Shown piece by piece: positions 8,941 to 19,050 of a stretch of 64,000 nt of DNA. The stretch's first letter is position 1. Every line of letters starts with the position of its first letter. The translations under genes were made by a program, and so were the position numbers. The notes beneath the pieces are model-generated. The model had not been told where the DNA came from. It was given only the letters and a program-made list of their open reading frames with translations, and did not search any database. Source of the stretch: Gammaproteobacteria bacterium (lineage in GTDB: Bacteria; Pseudomonadota; Gammaproteobacteria; CAJXQU01); NCBI GenBank assembly GCA_965238175.1, contig CBDEGZ010000003.1, positions 1,280,001 through 1,344,000 of the forward strand, given 5' to 3'.

Positions 8941-9426
8941 ATGGATTATGAGACATTAGATAACATCGCGGATTCGTATATTCCTGTGTTGGCGATTACA
9001 GCGTTTCTTACAAGTGTTCTCGTGTCTTCAGGTTCGCACAGTCGTGTAAAAATAACTTTCTTCCGTCTGGCATGCCTAAGTATTTTACTGGGGGTTGCCT
9101 ATGGTTTTATGTTTTTGGATAATGCCTACCCTATATGGCCTAACCTAGGGCTAGATTATAGTACTCACACAGCCGTTTCATTAGTCTTGGTATTATTTTT
9201 GGGGCTGCTAATTCCAAAGTTGCTTTTGCTTTGGTCTTCCTCACTAGTAGTTTATTGTGGCTTGATGCTTTATCAGGAGTATCACAGTGTGGCCGATATC
9301 TTTTCTACAGCTTTTGTATTATTTGTAGCTATGGCTGTAATTTTTTTACCAATATTAGCCGGTGGCAAAGCTAACAAGTTGCTGCACTCGAAAAAACTGG
9401 TCGCTGTGCTCCCATTTTTCCGGTAA
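8941..9426 (+). CDS. Hypothetical membrane protein (gene cassette), weak PAP2-like motifs
   Basis: About 5 TMs; DYSTHTA and YQEYHSVADI; the ORF reads into attC3. Confidence 0.65.
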   Translation: MDYETLDNIADSYIPVLAITAFLTSVLVSSGSHSRVKITFFRLACLSILLGVAYGFMFLDNAYPIWPNLGLDYSTHTAVSLVLVLFLGLLIPKLLLLWSSSLVVYCGLMLYQEYHSVADIFSTAFVLFVAMAVIFLPILAGGKANKLLHSKKLVAVLPFFR

Positions 9427-9440
9427 GCAAGGCGTTAGGC
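9369..9440 (+). other. Integron attC site 3
   Basis: AGCTAAC-AAG-TTGCTGCAC..GAAAAA ... TTTTTC..GTAAGCAA-GGC-GTTAGGC. Confidence 0.82.
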
Positions 9441-9453
9441 AACCAAGTTACCC

Positions 9454-10086
9454 ATGAATAACTATTTATTTGTTTTTCTTCCACTTATATTGACCGTAAA
9501 TGGTTGTGAATCAAGAAAATATGAGGATAAAACGTTGAAGTTGAAAGGAATAGTAATTTCTGAATAAAGCTATAATGGCGAAGATGAGTATGAAATTGTC
9601 TACTCAAATATTGACTATTTAAACTCTCTATTCCAAGAATATATCCTTGCCAAAGAAGTGTCTGATGATGCTCTCACAAGCTATTATGTCGATTACTACT
9701 TGGCTCAAGTGAATGAAGATCTTATCCATTTAAATTCATAGTGGTTAAAGCAACACCAAAAATTGGAAATACTAAATAAGGAGAAAATTTTAGGAAAAAT
9801 CAGATCAATTAGTCTTTCAATTCCAGATCGTGGATCGCGCATGCAAACAGCCTTAGAGGCAGAGCCTAGATATATGAAACTGATTAGGGCTCTTTGTAAA
9901 GAGGTGGGTCAAAGATTCGACAGAGTTACTGCTGGAGATCTAACAAATAGGTACAAAGATACTCAAATTTTAGCTTGGCACTTCTTAACCAACTTAGGGC
10001 ATCACTATATGATTGACTACAATGGACAGGCTATTATGTTCAGTGGAGAATCAAAAGAATTTGTCGTTACAATTTCGGTCGATTGA
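9454..10086 (+). pseudogene. Lipoprotein-like cassette gene with two in-frame stops
   Basis: MNNYLFVFLPLILTVNGC lipobox-like start; frame continues through TAA 9565 and TAG 9739 into ORF 9763-10086. Confidence 0.6.
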
Positions 10087-10301
10087 TGAGTATGGGATCC
10101 AGTAAAATACTAACAAATTTTGTCTGGTTGATTTTGGTCTACGTTCCTTTTTGTGCGTGGTCTGTTGGACAAAACAGTCACCGTGTTTTCATCTAATTTA
10201 TTGTATTTTGCTGAGTAATTTGAGATTTATAATATTTCAAATTGTGAGGCCAAACATAACTAAATTTTCAGACTCTCAGTTTCAACTTGAGTTAGTTTAA
10301 A

Positions 10302-11084
10302 TTAAGGATCAACAGTAGGGTTTAGTTCAGGATCATTAATGATGGCAGCATCTGGATTGACTTCTGCCTCATCATCACCGCCTAATTTGTCCCACATTTT
10401 ACCAAAGAAACCTTTTTCTTTTTCAGCGTTTTGATCAGCTTCTGGATTATTTTCTGCTTGTTTCTCAGCAGCTTCTTTAGTTGCCATTGCAGCGTCGACA
10501 TTCGTTTCAGGAAGAGTATCCTCAGTCAGTTCATTATCAATACTAGTTTGAGTGGCTTTAACAGCTTTGTCTGTATCCTTTTTCGCTTTGTCAAGATTCT
10601 TTTCTATATTAGGCGAATCATCATCTCCAAAGCTCAGTTTCTCTTTAATACGTGAAAACAAACCCGGTGGTTCTGCTGGAGGTACGTTTACACTTTCAAC
10701 AATACGTGATTCTGTCTTAATTTCACCGCGTGCAGCTTTAACATCGCCTTCGACTCGTGCTAACAATTCATCTTCAAAAAAGAGCGTTACTCGGCGTTGT
10801 TCACGTTGTTCACGACCTTCCTTAAAAGTATAGACATAATCCCAGCGATCACTGTGGAAAGTATCTGTGATCAAAGGTGTTCCCATAATGAAACGAACCT
10901 TCTTTTTATTCATACCGAATTCAAGTTGAGCCAGCATTTCTTGAGTAATAACATTTCCCTGCTGGATATCGATTGTATGGACGTAGGGGAGGTTATCTTT
11001 TGCAAGAAAACTACTGTTATCCGAGCATCCTTGGATGAACAAAAGGGATAGGCAAATTGTAAGAGTTAGGTGTTTAATTGGCAT
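10302..11084 (-). CDS. bamE: Outer membrane assembly lipoprotein BamE with a long acidic C-terminal extension
   Basis: Lipobox FIQGC; IDIQQGN...GM.K..V..IMGTPL..D.F...RWDYVY; divergent from fur. Confidence 0.93.
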   Translation of the reverse strand: MPIKHLTLTICLSLLFIQGCSDNSSFLAKDNLPYVHTIDIQQGNVITQEMLAQLEFGMNKKKVRFIMGTPLITDTFHSDRWDYVYTFKEGREQREQRRVTLFFEDELLARVEGDVKAARGEIKTESRIVESVNVPPAEPPGLFSRIKEKLSFGDDDSPNIEKNLDKAKKDTDKAVKATQTSIDNELTEDTLPETNVDAAMATKEAAEKQAENNPEADQNAEKEKGFFGKMWDKLGGDDEAEVNPDAAIINDPELNPTVDP

Positions 11085-11196
11085 ATTATTCGTTACTTGA
11101 TCTATATTGAACAGGGTATAGTATGGCAAAAGCCCAATCAATGTTAAAATCCTTAAAGTTAAATTTACTAATAGACCCGAGATAAAAACAAACCTT

Positions 11197-11601
11197 ATGG
11201 AAACTCAAGACATAAAAAAAGCAGGGTTAAAAGTTACGTTGCCAAGGATCCGCATTTTACAGATACTTGAGAACAGTGAACAGCGGCATATGAGTGCAGA
11301 GGATGTTTATAAGGCGCTGATTGAAGCTGATGAAGATGTTGGGCTGGCAACGATTTATCGTGTTTTGACTCAATTTGAAGCCGCTGGCCTGGTTGTTCGA
11401 CATAATTTCGAGGAAGGACATTCCGTTTTTGAGTTGGCTCAAGGCGAACACCATGATCATATGATCTGTCTCGAAACGGGTAAAATCATCGAATTCCATG
11501 ACGAAGCCATTGAAGAAAGGCAGCGCGAAATTGCTGATGTTAATGGCTATGAGCTACACGAGCACAGTCTCGTACTCTACGTTAAACCTAAACGATCCTG
11601 A
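11197..11601 (+). CDS. fur: Ferric uptake regulator Fur
   Basis: [31 protein letters not shown]. Confidence 0.97.
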   Translation: METQDIKKAGLKVTLPRIRILQILENSEQRHMSAEDVYKALIEADEDVGLATIYRVLTQFEAAGLVVRHNFEEGHSVFELAQGEHHDHMICLETGKIIEFHDEAIEERQREIADVNGYELHEHSLVLYVKPKRS

Positions 11602-11609
11602 CATTTCCT

Positions 11610-12353
11610 ATGACAGGTACCACCCACTTCGGTTTTGAAGATGTTCCCGTTGAGGAAAAACAACAACGAGTTGCACAAGTCTTTAGCTCGGTTGCCTCCA
11701 AATATGATCTAATGAATGATGTGATGTCTATGGGTATGCACCGTTTATGGAAGCCATTTGCAGTTGCTGTATCAGGTGTAAAGAAAGGTCATTCGGTACT
11801 TGATCTGGCTGGTGGAACAGGAGATATTGCTGCTTTGTTGGCAAAACGTATCGGTACAGAAGGTGAGATCACGCTGGCCGATATTAATGGTGAAATGCTC
11901 AATGTGGGTCGTGATCGGCTAACTAATAAAGGTTTGTTCTCAAACATTAACTACGTACAAGCAAATGCAGAAACGCTACCTTTTCCAGAAAATTCGTTTG
12001 ACGTTGTAACTATTGCTTTTGGTTTGCGTAATGTGACCCATAAAGACAGAGCTCTGGCTTCTATATACAGAAGTCTAAAACCCGGTGGGAAGTTGATGAT
12101 CCTGGAATTCTCCAAGCTGGTTATTCCAACGCTTGATAAACTATATGAGCAATATTCCTTCAAACTTATTCCTGAGTTTGGAAAGTTATTGACGGGTGAT
12201 AGAGATAGTTATCAATATCTAGTCGAGTCCATTCGTAAACATCCTGATCAAGAAACGTTAATCGGAATGCTGGAAGATGCTGGTTTTGAGATGAATATCT
12301 ATAACAATTTAACCGGTGGGATTGTTGCGGTTCATCGTGGTGTGAAATTGTGA
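11610..12353 (+). CDS. ubiE: Ubiquinone/menaquinone C-methyltransferase UbiE
   Basis: [39 protein letters not shown]. Confidence 0.97.
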   Translation: MTGTTHFGFEDVPVEEKQQRVAQVFSSVASKYDLMNDVMSMGMHRLWKPFAVAVSGVKKGHSVLDLAGGTGDIAALLAKRIGTEGEITLADINGEMLNVGRDRLTNKGLFSNINYVQANAETLPFPENSFDVVTIAFGLRNVTHKDRALASIYRSLKPGGKLMILEFSKLVIPTLDKLYEQYSFKLIPEFGKLLTGDRDSYQYLVESIRKHPDQETLIGMLEDAGFEMNIYNNLTGGIVAVHRGVKL

Positions 12354-12970
12354 GCCTGATTGTTGATCAGGTTTTTCAACGCGCTGAAGAGATCGTCAAT
12401 GACGTCCTGCGGACTGATCTTGATCTGCTAAAAGACATTGCAAAGATGGCAGGAAAAGTCATGGCGGTGGAATTGATCGGGCTAGACAAAACAATCTATA
12501 TTTTGCCGCAAATTGAGGGTATTCAAATACAACAGGAATACGAGGGTGATGTTCATGTTTTGGTCAAAGGATCTCCTTTTGCGCTGTTGAAAATGGCCAG
12601 GAACAAAAATGATAAACCGACAAGTTTTAATGGTGACGTTGAGATCAGTGGTGATTTAGCACTGGGTCAACATTTGCAGCAAATGGTCTCAAGACTGGAT
12701 TTGGACTGGGAAGAATTACTCTCACACAAAGTGGGTGATGTCGCCGCTCATCAGATCGGGAATATTATTCGGTCATTTACTGGCTGGGCAAAAGAATCCC
12801 ATACCAGTTTGGAACAGAACATTAGTGAATATTTACGGATTGAAGCTGAGCTTACACCTGAGCGAGTTGAAATTGATCATTTTATGGATGATGTTGATGA
12901 ACTACGCAATGGTGTAGATCGTCTTGAACAAAGGATAGCTCGCATACAAAAATCACGGATAACCTCATGA
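12350..12970 (+). CDS. ubiJ: Ubiquinone biosynthesis accessory factor UbiJ (SCP2 domain)
   Basis: DWEE.LS..VGDVAAH, EYL..E; lies between ubiE and ubiB. Confidence 0.9.
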   Translation: MSLIVDQVFQRAEEIVNDVLRTDLDLLKDIAKMAGKVMAVELIGLDKTIYILPQIEGIQIQQEYEGDVHVLVKGSPFALLKMARNKNDKPTSFNGDVEISGDLALGQHLQQMVSRLDLDWEELLSHKVGDVAAHQIGNIIRSFTGWAKESHTSLEQNISEYLRIEAELTPERVEIDHFMDDVDELRNGVDRLEQRIARIQKSRITS

Positions 12971-14637
12971 TCACACCAGGTCAGTTTATTCGATTAATCG
13001 GAATTCAACGCGTTTTGATTCGTCATGGTTTGGACGAAATCATTCTCACTACCCATCTGTTTAGACCGATCAGATACTTAATGTATCTTTTACCCTGGAA
13101 TTGGCACCGTCGGAATTATGCTTCGAAAGAAGAGCGTGTCTTACATGCCCTGGAAGATCTGGGTCCTATTTTCGTTAAATTTGGCCAGCTTTTATCGACC
13201 CGTCGGGATTTATTACCCGAAGGTTTAGCCGATCAACTTGCGAAATTGCAAGACAGTGTCCCACCGTTTCCTGTTGAGGAAGCAAAGCGTATTATCGAGC
13301 AAGCCTACGATCAATCTGTTGATAAGGTCTTTTTGGAGTTTGATGAGCAGCCACTAGCTTCTGCTTCCATTGCTCAAGTTCATGCAGCTCGTCTTGCAGA
13401 TGGTCGTGAAGTTGTCGTTAAGGTAGTCCGTCCCGATATTGAAACTGTGATCAAACGAGATATGGGTTTGATTATGACACTAGCAGAACTGGCGGAAAAA
13501 TATTCTGAACATGGCCGACGTATGCGACCTGTTGGTGTCGTTGAAGAATATCGAAAAGTTATTTTAGACGAGCTTGATTTAATGCGTGAAGCTGCTAATG
13601 CATCACAATTAAAACGTAATTTTAAAGATTCTGATCAACTATATATTCCAGAAATCGAGTGGGATCTTTCTCGTAAGAACGTGATGGTAATGGAGCGTAT
13701 ATATGGGATCCATATCGATGAAACTGATGCTTTAGAAGTTGCAGATATTGATCGGAAAGAAATTGCAGAACTTGGTATTGAAATTTTTTTCACTCAGGTA
13801 TTTCGAGATCGATATTTTCATGCTGATCTGCATCCAGGTAATCTTTTTGTAATACCCGAGAAAGATCAAAAGCCATTGCAATTGGCTTTGATCGATTTTG
13901 GGATTATGGGCAGTCTCAGTGAGGAAGATCAGCATTATCTGGCAAATAATTTTATTGCCTTTTTAAGTCGAGATTACAAGAGAGTTGCAGAGCTGCATAT
14001 CGAGTCAGGTTGGGTTCCTGCAGGAACGCGTGTTGATGATTTTGAGTTTGCGATTCGCAGTGTTTGTGAACCTATTTTTGAAAAACCATTACGTGAAATT
14101 TCTTTTGGTCATTTATTACTACGACTTTTCCAGACTGCTCAGCGTTTCCATATGGTTGTTTTACCACAACTTTTACTATTACAAAAAACACTGGTTAATA
14201 TAGAAGGTGTTGGTCGACAACTCTACCCTGATATTGATATGTGGGAAACTGCACGACCGATTATGAAACGATGGATGAGCGAACAAACCGGTGTTCGACA
14301 CCTTTTTGATGCTGCGCGTGAGAATTTACCTGGTTGGATAGAGAAGCTACCTGAGATACCCAATAATGTGATTGATCTGCTGGAAAAAATGCATAAAGGT
14401 GAGTTGCAAGTACGATCAGATAAAGCGTCCTTAGAAAGTCTGAAGCAAGAGATTAAGCTCACTAACGAGCGGAATAATTTAACAACGATCGCATCAGCAT
14501 TAATCATTGCAGCGGCATTGTTATTTGGTCTTGGTGATGGAGAACAAAAATTTATTTCCTTAGGACAGATCTCCCTCCCTATTTGGTTATTATTTGCCAG
14601 TATAGTGTTGTTGTTGAAAACTTGGTCAAAAAAGTAA
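12967..14637 (+). CDS. ubiB: UbiB ABC1 kinase-like protein
   Basis: LGPIFVKFGQLLSTRRDL, ASASIAQVH, FHADLHPGN. Confidence 0.96.
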   Translation: MITPGQFIRLIGIQRVLIRHGLDEIILTTHLFRPIRYLMYLLPWNWHRRNYASKEERVLHALEDLGPIFVKFGQLLSTRRDLLPEGLADQLAKLQDSVPPFPVEEAKRIIEQAYDQSVDKVFLEFDEQPLASASIAQVHAARLADGREVVVKVVRPDIETVIKRDMGLIMTLAELAEKYSEHGRRMRPVGVVEEYRKVILDELDLMREAANASQLKRNFKDSDQLYIPEIEWDLSRKNVMVMERIYGIHIDETDALEVADIDRKEIAELGIEIFFTQVFRDRYFHADLHPGNLFVIPEKDQKPLQLALIDFGIMGSLSEEDQHYLANNFIAFLSRDYKRVAELHIESGWVPAGTRVDDFEFAIRSVCEPIFEKPLREISFGHLLLRLFQTAQRFHMVVLPQLLLLQKTLVNIEGVGRQLYPDIDMWETARPIMKRWMSEQTGVRHLFDAARENLPGWIEKLPEIPNNVIDLLEKMHKGELQVRSDKASLESLKQEIKLTNERNNLTTIASALIIAAALLFGLGDGEQKFISLGQISLPIWLLFASIVLLLKTWSKK

Positions 14638-14823
14638 ATTTTTTTTGTCTTTTGCCGCTACTTCTTTAATACATGTACTGGAACTGACAGAATTTTTCTG
14701 ATCAGATTGTTTTATAGTGTTCAAACTTCAAGGTTGATACAAGGACTGATTTGGCAATATTTCTATATTAATCAAATAGATAAATGTTAATATTTTTCAT
14801 AAAAAGTTAAATTTGAGAATGAG

Positions 14824-15384
14824 TTGGATATGGATGAGTTTCCGGAATTAGACGTTTTTTCTGAAATCGATGAGGTTTCTGAAATAGATCTCGATAAGCC
14901 CATTGAGGAACATATCGAGATGGAGTCTATCACAGGACGTTTTCGGCGTGAGGCTGTCAAGGTAGCCCAAAGTAGGGCTGAGGCTGAAGCGCTAGCTAAT
15001 AAACGTCGACATATGCGAATATCTGCAGAATTTTTTGTTGCAAAATATCTTCTTGGAGATGATCCGAATAAGTTCAGTCTGTTTGGTCATAAAGAGTGTG
15101 TTGTAGTTGATGCAAGCAATACAGGTTTGGGGATTGTAGCAAAAAAGGGATTACGTAAAGGGGATAGACTGGTTTTGACCATCTCTGATGGTGAAAATGG
15201 TGAAATTCCAGAATTTGAGATTATTGCAACGGTTATGTATGCGGGTAATGATGGGGACAAAAAAATCAGCTATGGTCTGCAATTTGATGAAAAGCCTAGT
15301 CGAGCATATATAAACTTTATCACCGCTGAAACCTTAAAACTTAAAATGGCTAAGGCAAAAGACAAGGAAAATCCTGAAGTTTAA
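14824..15384 (+). CDS. PilZ-domain (c-di-GMP receptor) protein with an acidic N-terminus
   Basis: RRHMR (RxxxR) and DASNTG (DxSxxG) motifs, YGLQF. Confidence 0.8.
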   Translation: MDMDEFPELDVFSEIDEVSEIDLDKPIEEHIEMESITGRFRREAVKVAQSRAEAEALANKRRHMRISAEFFVAKYLLGDDPNKFSLFGHKECVVVDASNTGLGIVAKKGLRKGDRLVLTISDGENGEIPEFEIIATVMYAGNDGDKKISYGLQFDEKPSRAYINFITAETLKLKMAKAKDKENPEV

Positions 15385-15532
15385 ACGGGTTTTTACTCCT
15401 TAGATCCACCCACTTCCAGTTCGACTCAATATTTAGCACACCATTTGTGTTTTTTTCTGTAAAATCCTGAACTTTACCTAATCGTAGTAATCAATATTGC
15501 CTAATGTTATCTAAATTGAGTCGCTCATTGTT

Positions 15533-16501
15533 ATGCAACACGAAAAAATTAAAAAGTTAGAAAGTTTGATTGGCCAACAAATTGTTGGTCAGAAGAAACT
15601 GATCAACCGGTTATTAATTGCGCTTTTGGCTGATGGGCACCTCTTGGTTGAGGGAGCACCCGGACTTGCGAAAACCAAGGCCGTAAAGGTTCTTGGAAAC
15701 AGTATCGATGGAAGTTTTCACCGAGTCCAGTTTACACCAGATCTTTTACCGGCAGATCTAACAGGAACAGAAATTTATCGTCCTCAGGAAGGTAGGTTTG
15801 AATTTCAAAAAGGGCCGTTATTTCATAATCTTGTGTTGGCGGATGAAATTAATCGTGCTCCCGCAAAAGTACAATCCGCTTTACTTGAGGCCATGGCAGA
15901 AAGGCAGATCACTGTTGGAAAAGAGACTTATGATTTACCCAAGCTATTTCTTGTAATGGCGACTCAGAACCCGATTGAACAAGAGGGTACTTACCCATTG
16001 CCTGAAGCGCAGCTCGATCGATTTTTAATGCATGTCACAGTAGATTATCCAGATGGAGATGCAGAGTTAGCTATTTTGAGGTTGGCTCGAAAAGAAGCAG
16101 AATCTGAGCTTATTACAGATCAAAAATATGTCCAACAACAAATTTTGCAGCAAACTATTTTTGATGCTCGAAAGGAAGTGCTGGAAATTCATATGGCAGA
16201 AAATATTGAAAAATATCTTTTGCAGATTGTCCTTGCAACTCGGCAACCTGAAAAATATGGTGATGATTTAAAACGATGGTTACAGTGGGGGGGAAGTCCT
16301 CGCGCCACTATCAGTCTTGATCGATGCTCGCGTGCACATGCCTGGATTGCTGGCAGAGATTATGTTGGACCAGAAGATGTGCAGGCAGTCGCACCAGATG
16401 TACTTCGCCATAGACTCATTCTCGATTATGAGGCAGAAGCTGAAGGGATCAACACAGAGAAAGTCGTTGGTGAATTGATCGCTCGAATTGCCGTCCCGTA
16501 A
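15533..16501 (+). CDS. moxR: MoxR-family AAA+ ATPase
   Basis: EGAPGLAKT, RVQFTPDLLPAD, DEINRAPAKVQSALLEAM, ATQNPIEQEGTYPLPEAQLDRF. Confidence 0.95.
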   Translation: MQHEKIKKLESLIGQQIVGQKKLINRLLIALLADGHLLVEGAPGLAKTKAVKVLGNSIDGSFHRVQFTPDLLPADLTGTEIYRPQEGRFEFQKGPLFHNLVLADEINRAPAKVQSALLEAMAERQITVGKETYDLPKLFLVMATQNPIEQEGTYPLPEAQLDRFLMHVTVDYPDGDAELAILRLARKEAESELITDQKYVQQQILQQTIFDARKEVLEIHMAENIEKYLLQIVLATRQPEKYGDDLKRWLQWGGSPRATISLDRCSRAHAWIAGRDYVGPEDVQAVAPDVLRHRLILDYEAEAEGINTEKVVGELIARIAVP

Positions 16502-16513
16502 GCTCTTTATAAA

Positions 16514-17422
16514 ATGACTTCTCCAATACAAGTCAGCGTTTCCGAATTGATTGCGCTTAATCGTAGTGTCGCGCTGTTGCGTAAACGTCCTCGTCGACCA
16601 AAAGCAACCCTGAGTGGTGACTACACCTCTGCCATTAGAGGTCGTGGTATGGAGTTTGACGAGTCGCGACTCTATCAACCTGGTGATGACATTCGTAATA
16701 TGGATTGGCGGGTGACGGCACGAACTGGTAAGCCTCACACTAAGCTATTTCGTGAAGAACGCGAGCGGCCTGTTTTTGTTTGGGTGGATTATCGGGATCC
16801 TATGTTTTTTGCGACAAAAGGTGTTTTTAAATCAGTTTTTGCTGCAAAAACTGCCGCACTTATTGCATGGGATGCCACTCAACAAGGTGACCGAATTGGT
16901 GGACTTATTTTTTCTGAACAAGAGCATCACGAGCTGAAGCCAGAATCAGGAAAAAAAGGTGTGCTCCGTTTGATAAACAGATTGGTAAAAGATCCAGCTT
17001 GGAACCAAAACGCTAAAACAAAAATATTAGAAAATGATCAAGGACAAACGAGCATTAGAAAAGCGATGATGCGGCTAAATCGTTTAGTTCGTCCGGGTAG
17101 TCTTGTTTATATGTTGAGTGATTTTCGAGAGTTAGAAAATTTGCATTCGGAAATTTCTAAACTTGCTAAACATTGCGAAATTATTTTATTACCGATTCAT
17201 GATCCGATAGAAGAACATTTGCCTGCAAATGGAACATTTCGTTTAAGTCATAATGATCAAGAATTGATCATAAATACGCACAACCAATCAAATCTGCAAA
17301 ACTACCAGCAGCATTACCAACAGCATATCGAGTTTTTAGAACAACTTGCTGCGCGATATCGAATGCGAATGATTTCTTGTTTAACGACGGATGATCCGAT
17401 CAAAATGTTAGGGAACCTTTAA
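16514..17422 (+). CDS. DUF58 protein
   Basis: GRGMEFDESRLYQPGDDIRNMDWRVTAR. Confidence 0.93.
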   Translation: MTSPIQVSVSELIALNRSVALLRKRPRRPKATLSGDYTSAIRGRGMEFDESRLYQPGDDIRNMDWRVTARTGKPHTKLFREERERPVFVWVDYRDPMFFATKGVFKSVFAAKTAALIAWDATQQGDRIGGLIFSEQEHHELKPESGKKGVLRLINRLVKDPAWNQNAKTKILENDQGQTSIRKAMMRLNRLVRPGSLVYMLSDFRELENLHSEISKLAKHCEIILLPIHDPIEEHLPANGTFRLSHNDQELIINTHNQSNLQNYQQHYQQHIEFLEQLAARYRMRMISCLTTDDPIKMLGNL

Positions 17423-17563
17423 CTAAATCATGAACGGTCAGATTGAGTCCAAAATAATCAAATCCAGCGTTGCAAAATTGAGCAATAGAACCGCTATTGT
17501 TTATATTTTTCGTTTTGACTTTGGTTCTAAAACTGTTTCGCCCAGAAGTAATCAGAGGCCTCT
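17410..17563. mobile_element. About 155-bp MITE-like palindromic element
   Basis: Imperfect terminal IRs AGGGAACCTTTAACTA and TAATCAGAGGCCTCT with TA-rich flanks; internal hairpin AGCAATAG-AACCG-CTATTGTT; fills an otherwise tight operon gap. Confidence 0.6.
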
Positions 17564-17572
17564 TAAATAGCT

Positions 17573-18043
17573 ATGGCGCTTGATAATCTTGAGTTGAGAG
17601 ATATTCAATTACCAGATCCTGTTTCATGGTGGCCACCGGCAATGGGTTGGTGGTTTGTATTAGTGGGGATTATTTTATTTTTTATCGCGGCTATTTTTTT
17701 GTTTAAAAAATGGCAAGGAAAACGTCGTTCTGCGAAAGTACTGGCACGAATAGAGTTACAAAAAATAGAACAGGAATTTTCTGACAAACCTGATCAAAAA
17801 TATCTAATTAAAAATCTTTCAACCTTGTTAAGAAGAAGTAGTTTGAGTAGTTTTCCACGGGAAGACTGTGCAGGCTTGACGGGTGAAGAGTGGCTATCTT
17901 TTCTTGACCAAGTTATGCAAGGTGAACATTTTACCAGGGGCGTGGGTAGATCTCTTATTACCGCGCCTTACGAAAAAGAAATGAATATTAATGCAGAACA
18001 ATTATTGACGCTTTGTAAAGACTGGATCGAGGCACTTCCGTGA
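17573..18043 (+). CDS. DUF4381 protein
   Basis: LRDIQLPDPVSWWPPAMGWW, AGLTGEEWLSFLD. Confidence 0.9.
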   Translation: MALDNLELRDIQLPDPVSWWPPAMGWWFVLVGIILFFIAAIFLFKKWQGKRRSAKVLARIELQKIEQEFSDKPDQKYLIKNLSTLLRRSSLSSFPREDCAGLTGEEWLSFLDQVMQGEHFTRGVGRSLITAPYEKEMNINAEQLLTLCKDWIEALP

Positions 18044-19050
18044 TGGAGTCTAGCATCAATTTTTTTAGCGACTTACACTTTCAATGGGCTTGGGCATTCT
18101 TTTTTTTACCGCTTCCATGGCTAGTTAGAATACTATTTTCACCAGTTGAGCAGGCTCGTGATGCTGCATTACGGGTGCCTTTTCTTGAAGACTTTAAATC
18201 ATTGTCTGGTGGTAGAGTAGGTGAAAAATATAGCAAACTAAAGTTTTGGTTAGCATCATTCGCATGGATATTATTGATCATTTCGGCGGCTAGACCGCAG
18301 TGGGTTGGTGAAGCAGTAGACATTCCTGTAAGTGGTCGAGATTTAATGATGGCGGTAGATCTGTCATTGAGTATGGAGCAAGAAGATTTCCAACTAAGTG
18401 GACAACTGATTAATCGTTTACAAGCCAGCAAAGTTGTTGCGGGTGATTTCATTGAACGAAGGGTAGGCGATCGGATTGGCTTAATATTATTTGGAGAACG
18501 AGCTTACTTACAAACACCTTTGACGTTTGATCGAAAAACCGTCAGAACGTTGTTGGATGAAGCAGCATTGGGTTTAGCTGGCAAATCCACCGCTATTGGT
18601 GATGCGATTGGGCTTGCGGTTAAACGTTTAAGAGAAGTCGAAAAAGAAGTGGAAGAAATCGATAAGGTTCTTATCCTACTTACTGATGGTGCAAATACCG
18701 CAGGCGTGATTGAACCATTACATGCAGCCGAACTTGCTGCACGTGAAGGTCTTAAAATCTACACGATTGGGATTGGTGCAGATGAAATGATCGTTCGTAG
18801 TTTATTTGGATCGAGACGCGTTAACCCTTCGCGCGATCTGGATGAAAAAACATTAACCGCTATTGCAGAAAAAACCGGTGGAAAATATTTCAGAGCTCGA
18901 GATACACAAGAGCTGACAAAAATATATTCAATACTTGATGAGCTTGAACCCGTTGAACACGATCCAGAACAATTTCGTCCGAAGAAAGCACTTTTTTATT
19001 GGCCTGCAGGCATTGCATTATTATTAGCTATGGTTGTTTTACTATTATGA
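18040..19050 (+). CDS. batA: BatA-like vWA protein
   Basis: AVDLSLSM MIDAS, DRIGLILFG, TAIGDAIG, LLTDG. Confidence 0.88.
   Translation: MMESSINFFSDLHFQWAWAFFFLPLPWLVRILFSPVEQARDAALRVPFLEDFKSLSGGRVGEKYSKLKFWLASFAWILLIISAARPQWVGEAVDIPVSGRDLMMAVDLSLSMEQEDFQLSGQLINRLQASKVVAGDFIERRVGDRIGLILFGERAYLQTPLTFDRKTVRTLLDEAALGLAGKSTAIGDAIGLAVKRLREVEKEVEEIDKVLILLTDGANTAGVIEPLHAAELAAREGLKIYTIGIGADEMIVRSLFGSRRVNPSRDLDEKTLTAIAEKTGGKYFRARDTQELTKIYSILDELEPVEHDPEQFRPKKALFYWPAGIALLLAMVVLLL

Noticed and set aside
8148-9440. Recurrent AGCTAACAAG as CRISPR repeats
   Set aside because: Spacing is gene-sized, the units are palindromic attC sites, and no cas genes are present
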